Positions 58,116-64,000 of a stretch of 64,000 nucleotides of DNA are shown here, one piece after another (positions within the stretch are counted from its first letter, which is position 1; each line of letters opens with the position of its first letter). The notes beneath the pieces are model-generated. The model saw only the letters and a list, made by a program, of their open reading frames with translations, searched no databases and was not told the DNA's origin. Source of the DNA: Planctomycetota bacterium (GTDB lineage: Bacteria > Planctomycetota > B15-G4 > JAXMBY01); NCBI GenBank assembly GCA_046349655.1, contig JAXMBY010000012.1, forward strand, positions 50,405 to 114,404, given 5' to 3'. The position numbers and the translations under genes are program-made.

Positions 58116-59603
58116 ATGAACGTGGTGGTACGCAGCGCCGCGCTGGTTGGCATTGATGCCGTCGAGGTGGAGGTCGAGGCGCAGGTGCAGCGCGGCTCGC
58201 TGGCTGGCATCCGCATCGTCGGCCTGCCGGATGGCGCGATCCGCGAGAGCCGCGACCGCGTCAAGGCAGCGATCCGCGCGCTCGGATTCGAGTTCCCGCG
58301 CTCGGGCGTGCTGATCAACCTCGCGCCCGCGCATCTGCGCAAGACTGGACCGGCGTTCGATCTGCCCATCGCGCTCGCGATCCTGGCCGCCACCGAGCAG
58401 ATTCCCACCGAACGCCTGGCGGAGCTGCTGGTGGTGGGCGAGCTGGCGCTGAACGGTGAGATCCGGCCGGTGCGCGGTCTGCTGTCGATGCTGCTGCTCG
58501 CACGCACGGTCGGCGCGAAGGGCGTGCTCGCCCGCGGCGCGATCGGGCCCACCTCGGCATCAGCGCAGGTCCCGGTCTTTGCGCCGCGGACCATCGGCGA
58601 TGCGGCCCTGTGGCTGCGCGGCGAGCTCGATCTGCCGCCGGTGACGTCCGAGCCGGCGAGCGATCCTGGCGAGCAAGACGAGGATCTGCAGGACGTGCGT
58701 GGTCAGGAGCAGGCCAAGCGCGCGCTGGTCATCGCCGCGGCCGGCGGGCACAACCTGCTCCTGATCGGCAGCCCCGGTACCGGCAAGACCATGCTCTGCC
58801 AGCGCCTGCCCGGAGTGCTGCCCGACCTCGCGCCCGAGGCGGCATTCGAGGTGGCGCGCATCCACGGCGCCGCCGGCCTGCCACCGCCCGGCCTGCGCCC
58901 GCCGTTCCGAGCACCACATCACACCGCGAGCCACGTGGGCCTGGTCGGCGGCGGCAATCCGATCGGTCCCGGCGAGATCACCCTCGCCCACCACGGCATC
59001 CTGTTCCTGGACGAGATCTGCGAGTTCTCGCGCCACGTGCTGGAGACGCTGCGCGGACCGCTCGAGGATGCACACATCACGGTGACCCGCGCCGGCGTGC
59101 GGATCACGCTGCCGGCGGAGTTCCAGCTCGTGGCAACCATGAACCCGTGTCCCTGCGGCTACCATGGTGCACGCCGCCGGGAGTGTCACTGCAGCGAGGC
59201 CGACATCCGCCGTTACCGCGACCGCATCTCGGGGCCGGTGCTCGATCGCATCGACTTGCGGGTGACGATGGAGGCGATCGATGCGGAGGCGCTGGTGCGA
59301 GTCGGCGGCACGCTCACCTCGCGCGAAGCCCGGGCGAACACGGTACGCGCGATCGAGTGCCAGCGTGCGCGGTATCACGGTTTACCGTTTCACCGCAACC
59401 ACGCGATACCGGTCGCCCGGCTGCACGAGTTCTGCTCGACATCGCCCGAGATCGACATCCTGCTCCGGGGCGCGATCGAGCGCATGGCGCTGTCAGCGCG
59501 TGCGTACACCCGCATCGTGCGCGTGGCCCGCACCATCGCCGACCTGCGCGGCAGCGCCGAGATCAGCCGTGACGATGTGATCCAGGCGCTGTCTTTCCGC
59601 TGA
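58116..59603 (+). CDS. comM: YifB/ComM-family Mg-chelatase-like AAA+ ATPase
   Basis: From ATG 58116: MNVVVRSAALVGIDAVEVEVE. It has a Lon-like N-domain, Walker A GSPGTGKT, Walker B ILFLDEI, and the zinc motif NPCPCGYHGARRRECHC. Confidence 0.9.
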   Translation: MNVVVRSAALVGIDAVEVEVEAQVQRGSLAGIRIVGLPDGAIRESRDRVKAAIRALGFEFPRSGVLINLAPAHLRKTGPAFDLPIALAILAATEQIPTERLAELLVVGELALNGEIRPVRGLLSMLLLARTVGAKGVLARGAIGPTSASAQVPVFAPRTIGDAALWLRGELDLPPVTSEPASDPGEQDEDLQDVRGQEQAKRALVIAAAGGHNLLLIGSPGTGKTMLCQRLPGVLPDLAPEAAFEVARIHGAAGLPPPGLRPPFRAPHHTASHVGLVGGGNPIGPGEITLAHHGILFLDEICEFSRHVLETLRGPLEDAHITVTRAGVRITLPAEFQLVATMNPCPCGYHGARRRECHCSEADIRRYRDRISGPVLDRIDLRVTMEAIDAEALVRVGGTLTSREARANTVRAIECQRARYHGLPFHRNHAIPVARLHEFCSTSPEIDILLRGAIERMALSARAYTRIVRVARTIADLRGSAEISRDDVIQALSFR

Positions 59604-62031
59604 CCGGCCACACCAGGGCGAGCGCGATCACGAGCGCCGAGATCGACGAGCACCAGAGTCCGAGCCGGTAGCTCGCCGGGTCGTACACGAGCTGAAGGTG
59701 ATGCGCGCCGCGCGGAACACCGACCCCCATCAGCGCGTGATCGACGGTCAGCACGCGCGCGAAGATGCCATCCACCTGCGCGCGCCAGCCGGGCATCGCC
59801 GTCTCGGCAATCACCACCAGCGCCGGCGCGTCGACGTTGACGTCGATCTCGAGCTCGCACGCGCGCGGCCGAGTGAATTCGCAGGTACCCTTGCCGAGCA
59901 CCGGGCCAAGGCCTTGCGTCTCTACCTCCAGGATCGCGCACAGAGGATCGAAGTCGCGCGCGGTGAGCACCCCGAGACGCCGTGCGGCCTCCTGGATCGT
60001 GACCAGCTCGGTCGCCAGGAACACGCGCGGCAGCGATCGCGCCCGCGCGTAGATGCCAATGACCTCTCGATGGCCAGCGTAGTCGAGCGCGAGGCCGGAG
60101 CCGGGGGCCAGCGGCGCCACTCCCTTGAGCACGTGGCTGACACCGAGCGCGTCCAGCAATGGCACCGCCACCTGATCGGCACCGGCGAAGCCGCTCGCGA
60201 CCCGCGGGTCCTTGGGATCGAGCACGCCGGGATCGATCGCCGTCAGCAGCTCGCCAACCCGCGCCACGACCATCGAGGCGGTGCCATCCACCGATGACAG
60301 GCCGAACATCTGCGCGATGGTCGCCGGCAGGTGATCGGGCCGTCCGATGCGTGCCATGCGCCGCTCGCCCATCGCGAGCTTTTGCTGCAGGAACTCGATC
60401 GCCGGCGTGCACTGATACTGGCCGAGCAGCGGCTGGAACGGGTTGGTGCGGCGCAGGAACAAGCCGAGATCGAGCAGCGTGAGCACGAGCAGCAGGTTGG
60501 CCGCGTGCTCGGCCCCGCCTGCGCGAAAGCGAACGAGCACAGCGACCACGAGCAGCGCACACCCGGCCGCCGCGAGCGCGATCACGTCCCACGCGATCGC
60601 GTGACGCAGAGCACTCGCGCCACTCTCGAATCGCGCCGGCAAGATCCACCAGGTGGCGGCCGCCACCGACAGGTAGACGAGGCTCATGACGACGAGCACC
60701 ACGCACCTGCCGCGCGAAGGGCGCTCGAGGAACGCCTCCAGCCCGAACGCCGCGAGGTAAGCGATTGCGGCGCTCGACAGCGCGAGGATGCGCTTCGGGC
60801 TGCCGGCGGCAAACCCGGGGACTGCGCGCGCCACGTCGATGAACCCGGGCGCGCCGGCCGCGACCAGCAGCGCGACGACGGCCATCGCCGTGAACGCCCG
60901 CGCCCGGCCGCGACGCCACGCGCCGAGCAGCGCCAGCACCAGCACGAGCAGGCCCGCGTAGACCGTGTTCTCGACGAAGTTGTTCTGCACGTCCAGCTTG
61001 CCGGCGGTGTCGTGCCCGAGCCAGCGCTGTGCGGTCGGCAGCTCGGCCGACTCGCCCTGAGGCTGCTCGCCACCCGCGACCGGGGTGATCGGATCCTGGA
61101 ACAGATGCGGCACCACGAATCCGGCCAGCAGCTGTGGCTCGAGCGCCTTCGCCACCAGCCGCGCGCGCGCGAGCGGCTCGCGCCGCAGCGAGTGCCGGAG
61201 CAGCTCCGTGGCGGGCAGCAGCTGCACGGCAGACAGCGCGACACCCAGGACGATGGCAACCGCGAAACAGCACCCCGGTCGCAGCCGGATGCCTGCCCGG
61301 CCCCGGCCGCTCTCGTGCCCGGCCGCGTACGCCATCGTGGCCACGAGCTGGATCACGCTGATCTGCGGAAACCCCGCGAGCAGCGACAGCCCGACGCACA
61401 GAGCGAGCGCCGCCACCGCGCGCCGGTGCGCACGCTCGACCAGCCATTCGGCACCCAGGAGCAGCCAGGGGAAGTACGCGCTCACGTGCACGTACATCGG
61501 CAGGTGCACGTGCGCGCCGACGAATCCCGAGAACATCGCCGCGATCGCACCGAATGCGGCGCACTTCGGCCGCAGCCCGCGGCGCAGCAGGAACCGGAAG
61601 CTGCCGGCACCGAACACGATCAAGTGCAGCAGCAGCGCGACCGCATAGCCACGCACGGGCCCGAGCCACAGCGCGATCGGCAGCGTCACGTAGAACACTG
61701 CGAACGCGAGGTTCGCGAGCAGCGGCTGCCCGAGGTACTGGTGCGGGTTCCAGATCGGTGCCTCGCCGCTCCGGATCTGCGCCAGCGCGAGCGCGGCGTC
61801 GGGCATGATCCAGCCGTTGATGTCGGAGGTGACGAAGTTCATCGGCCGCGGTGCGGCCGCTGCTGGCGGTGCGTCGATCACCCACGGCGCGAGCTGCCGG
61901 TTGTCGAAGGCGAGCAACGAGACGCTCAGGAACACCGGCTCGAACAGCACCAGGACCGCGGCCGCTGCGATCAGCAGGAGTGCGCGCGCGCGCCGCGCGA
62001 GCTGCCGGCGCGCTGCAGGGTCCTGGCTCAA
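59563..62031 (-). CDS. Second YfhO-like polytopic membrane protein (GT-C-type candidate)
   Basis: 822 aa, intact. GEAPIWNPHQYLGQPLLAN parallels the motif in 17875..20451, and the overall TM plus C-terminal domain layout is the same. TTG 62031 overlaps the cutA stop (TTGA). The 3' end overlaps comM by 41 nt. Confidence 0.7.
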   Translation of the reverse strand: MSQDPAARRQLARRARALLLIAAAAVLVLFEPVFLSVSLLAFDNRQLAPWVIDAPPAAAAPRPMNFVTSDINGWIMPDAALALAQIRSGEAPIWNPHQYLGQPLLANLAFAVFYVTLPIALWLGPVRGYAVALLLHLIVFGAGSFRFLLRRGLRPKCAAFGAIAAMFSGFVGAHVHLPMYVHVSAYFPWLLLGAEWLVERAHRRAVAALALCVGLSLLAGFPQISVIQLVATMAYAAGHESGRGRAGIRLRPGCCFAVAIVLGVALSAVQLLPATELLRHSLRREPLARARLVAKALEPQLLAGFVVPHLFQDPITPVAGGEQPQGESAELPTAQRWLGHDTAGKLDVQNNFVENTVYAGLLVLVLALLGAWRRGRARAFTAMAVVALLVAAGAPGFIDVARAVPGFAAGSPKRILALSSAAIAYLAAFGLEAFLERPSRGRCVVLVVMSLVYLSVAAATWWILPARFESGASALRHAIAWDVIALAAAGCALLVVAVLVRFRAGGAEHAANLLLVLTLLDLGLFLRRTNPFQPLLGQYQCTPAIEFLQQKLAMGERRMARIGRPDHLPATIAQMFGLSSVDGTASMVVARVGELLTAIDPGVLDPKDPRVASGFAGADQVAVPLLDALGVSHVLKGVAPLAPGSGLALDYAGHREVIGIYARARSLPRVFLATELVTIQEAARRLGVLTARDFDPLCAILEVETQGLGPVLGKGTCEFTRPRACELEIDVNVDAPALVVIAETAMPGWRAQVDGIFARVLTVDHALMGVGVPRGAHHLQLVYDPASYRLGLWCSSISALVIALALVWPVSGKTAPGSHRHG

Positions 62032-62342
62032 CGCGTCGCCTCGTCCAGCCAGCGCAAGTAACTCTCCGACCCGCCGTCGATCGGCACGGCGATGATCTCA
62101 GGCGTCGTGTAGCTGTGCAAGCTGCGCACGCGCACTTCGAGACGCGGCAACAGCTCGCGTCGCGTCTTCGCCAGCAGCAGCCATTCGCGATCGGTGCACA
62201 GCTTGCCTTCCCAGCGATAGTGCGAGGTCAGGCCGCCCACCATGTTCACGCACGCCGCGAGCCGCTCCTCCACCAGAGTGCGCGCGATCGCGCCGGCCTC
62301 GTCTTCGCTGCCGGCCGTCATCAGGACGAGGACGTGTGCCAT
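62028..62342 (-). CDS. cutA: Divalent-cation tolerance protein CutA
   Basis: MAHVLVLMTAGSEDEAGAIARTLVEERLAACVNMVGGLTSHYRWEGKLCTDREWLLLAKT...HSYTTPEIIAVPI is the CutA1 pattern. Confidence 0.85.
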   Translation of the reverse strand: MAHVLVLMTAGSEDEAGAIARTLVEERLAACVNMVGGLTSHYRWEGKLCTDREWLLLAKTRRELLPRLEVRVRSLHSYTTPEIIAVPIDGGSESYLRWLDEATR

Positions 62343-62412
62343 TGATCGTCAGGCGGGAATAGCCGAAAGTTCGATCGCCGAATCGACCAAGCGAATAACA
62401 TCCTGCGGCAGA

Positions 62413-63877
62413 ATGGTAAACGGCAAAAAACACCTCGGCGCCATGGTCGTCATCGTCGTGCTCGCAGCGACGATCGCCAGGCTCGATCGCACCCCGTTCG
62501 AGGACGGACTGCGCGGCTCGTGCGGGGCGTTCTTCGCCGTCATGGCGCACAACCACGTTGCCCACGGTCTGGCGGCGACCTGGGGCATCCCGGTGCTCAA
62601 CCCGGGCGCCGCGACCCGCGCGCAGTTCGTCTACTATCGCCACCACCCGCCATTGATCCCGCTGCTGCTGGCGGCCGTGTTCCGCGTCACCGGTGAGTCG
62701 GAGTCGGCAGCCCGCGGCCTGGCACTCGCCTTCCACATGCTCACGCTGTACCTGCTCGCCGTGGTGCTCTGGCCAGCGTGCGGATCGTGGCTCACGCTCG
62801 CCGCTGTGGGCGCAGCGGCGGCAATGCCGTACAGCACCTACTACGGTCCGTTCATGAACTTCGAGGTGCCGTGTCTCACGCTGCTCGTGACCACTGCCAT
62901 GCTGATCGCCGTGGGCGATGCGCGCACGGCACGCTGGGGTCTCTTGAGCTACGTGTGCGGTGGCTTGCTCGACTGGCCGATCTTCCTCGCCGCACCGTTC
63001 TTCGCCTGGCGCGTCCGGCGAACGTCACGCACGCTCGCCGTGCTCTACCTGGGCCTGCCGGTGGTCGCCGGCGCGGTGGTGTACGCGTGGCAGATCGCGC
63101 AGGTCATGCGGGGCGGGTCGTTCCCCGATGCGGGCGGGCTCGCCAGCTACATTCACGATGCCTCGCCGCTGGCGGACAACCCCGGCACCACGGTGCTGCC
63201 CAGCCTCGGGCTCACCGGATGGGCGTGGCGGCGAGCTCGCATTCGCGTGGCGCCTGGGCAGCGTGCCAGTGGTGCTGGCCGGGCTTCTCGCTGCCGTGGC
63301 TCTTGCGCCGCGCCGCCACCAGCACGGCCTGGCTCGCACGTACGTTCTTCGCCGTGGGCGTGCTGAACGTCTTCCTGTTTGCCGGCCGCAGCGTCGACCG
63401 ATTACTACGGCGTCTATTTTCTGCCGTGGATCGTGCTCGGCTTGAGCATCCTCGGCGGCCACATCCGGCAGCGCCACGGACTGCGGCCGGCACTCGCGGT
63501 GCTCACCTTCGCTGCGGCGGTCGCGGCGCACGCCTCGTGGCGGATCTACGATTCGCGTGCCTATCGGGCCCGCGACCAGGCGGCGGCGATGCGTGCGGTG
63601 ACGGACAAGGACGACGTGATCTTCTACACCGACAGCTACGACTTGCAGCTGCCTTACTATGCGCAGCGCTCACGTGTTCGCGCTCAGGAACGCAGGCACC
63701 GTCAGCACGCTGCGCCGTCTCTTCGGCGTCGCGCACCAGCGCGCGGTCATTCTCGCGCCGCACGGCTCGACGAGACCGGATTGGATCGAGCAGCAGCTCG
63801 CGGGGACGCCGCCGCACTGGCAAACATGGGACGGGTTCGATGCGTGGGTCATCGATCCCGGCGATCGCGCGCAGTGA
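62413..63877 (+). pseudogene. GT39/ArnT-like (GT-C) membrane glycosyltransferase, about 4 frame breaks in the 3' half
   Basis: ATG 62413: MVNGKKHLGAMVVIVVLAATIARLDRTPFEDG...YRHHPPLIPLLLAAVFRVTGESESAARG. After about 63215 the TM-like strings switch frames: ELAFAWRLGSVPVVLAGLLAAVAL / AWLARTFFAVGVLNVFLFAG / DYYGVYFLPWIVLGLSILGG...DDVIFYTDSYDLQLPYYAQR / HVFALRNAGTVSTLRRLFGV...WDGFDAWVIDPGDRAQ. The stop is at 63875-63877. Confidence 0.6.
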
Positions 63878-64000
63878 TCACTTGCCGCGCTGCAGGCGCT
63901 CCGCGCACAGGTCATCGATCTTGTCGTTGGCGCGGATCTTCCGCATGGTCTCTTCGTAGTCGTAGGCGACCCGTTCGAACTGAACCTCGAGCTGTCCGCC
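63878..64000 (-). CDS. Partial CDS (C-terminal 40 aa only), function unknown
   Basis: The minus-strand translation is ...GGQLEVQFERVAYDYEETMRKIRANDKIDDLCAERLQRGK, with the stop at 63880-63878. Composition is protein-like. It is open to the window edge and therefore absent from the ORF track. Confidence 0.35.
   Translation of the reverse strand, partial: GGQLEVQFERVAYDYEETMRKIRANDKIDDLCAERLQRGK

Noticed and set aside
58500-58580. A possible pair of compensating frameshifts in comM (the stretch GAKGVLARGAIGPTSASAQVPVFA looks atypical)
   Set aside because: The alternative frames do not give a more family-like sequence, and the ORF is continuous, so the evidence is insufficient.
8558-63670. Programmed ribosomal frameshifting as the explanation for the frame breaks
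   Set aside because: There are far too many sites, in both directions, in unrelated gene families. At the breaks I could localise I saw no X_XXY_YYZ slippery heptamer with a downstream structure. Several sit at short homopolymers, which fits indel error.
1-64000. CRISPR arrays, rRNA genes, insertion sequences
   Set aside because: There are no regularly spaced direct repeats, no rRNA-like conserved stretches, and no transposase-like ORFs or terminal inverted repeats. The only tandem repeat is the 18-nt duplication at 411-446.

Overview
Very GC-rich (by eye, two-thirds or more G+C; not computed) 64-kb chromosomal segment from a diderm bacterium. I cannot assign a phylum from sequence alone; the TPR-secretins, Thr-type sulfatase-like enzyme and HEAT proteins recall Myxococcota/Planctomycetota-type genomes. 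I can support about 50 protein genes and 2 tRNAs. I found no rRNA, CRISPR array, transposase or integrase. Left to right: partial response regulator, PLP Cys/Met enzyme, HU/IHF, dtd, TPR lipoprotein, small lipoprotein, a proline-aromatic repeat protein, mlaE-mlaF-mlaD-like operon plus a polytopic/TPR protein. Then a minus-strand envelope-glycan operon (epimerase, AsnB-like amidotransferase, GT4, WecA-like, methyltransferase) facing a zinc-ribbon gene and a YfhO-like GT-C protein, followed by tRNA-Leu and tRNA-Cys, trxB, pepA, a CsgG-like lipoprotein, a membrane/TPR protein and a family-4 UDG. Next is a large envelope locus (28.4-43.3 kb): PilM-PilN fusion, PilO-like, FN3-like protein, secretin 1, terminator, two secreted TPR proteins, sulfatase-like/TPR enzyme, secretin 2. 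The rest holds a HAD hydrolase, DUF2203 coupled to a five-gene Opp/Dpp-type peptide ABC operon, two M16-like genes, ridA, coaD, comEC, a HEAT-repeat protein, comM, a second YfhO-like gene, cutA and a GT39-like gene. Caveat: many recognisable genes can only be read by changing frame. Roughly 30 breaks are clustered in a few regions, most simply local indel errors but possibly real pseudogenes. Most long antisense ORFs in the track are GC-driven shadow ORFs. Best candidate for an undescribed system is the two-secretin locus, which has no ATPase, platform or pilin genes. Related oddities are a secretin-derived segment inside the HEAT protein between comEC and comM, and a secretin-N0-like insert in the OppC-type permease.
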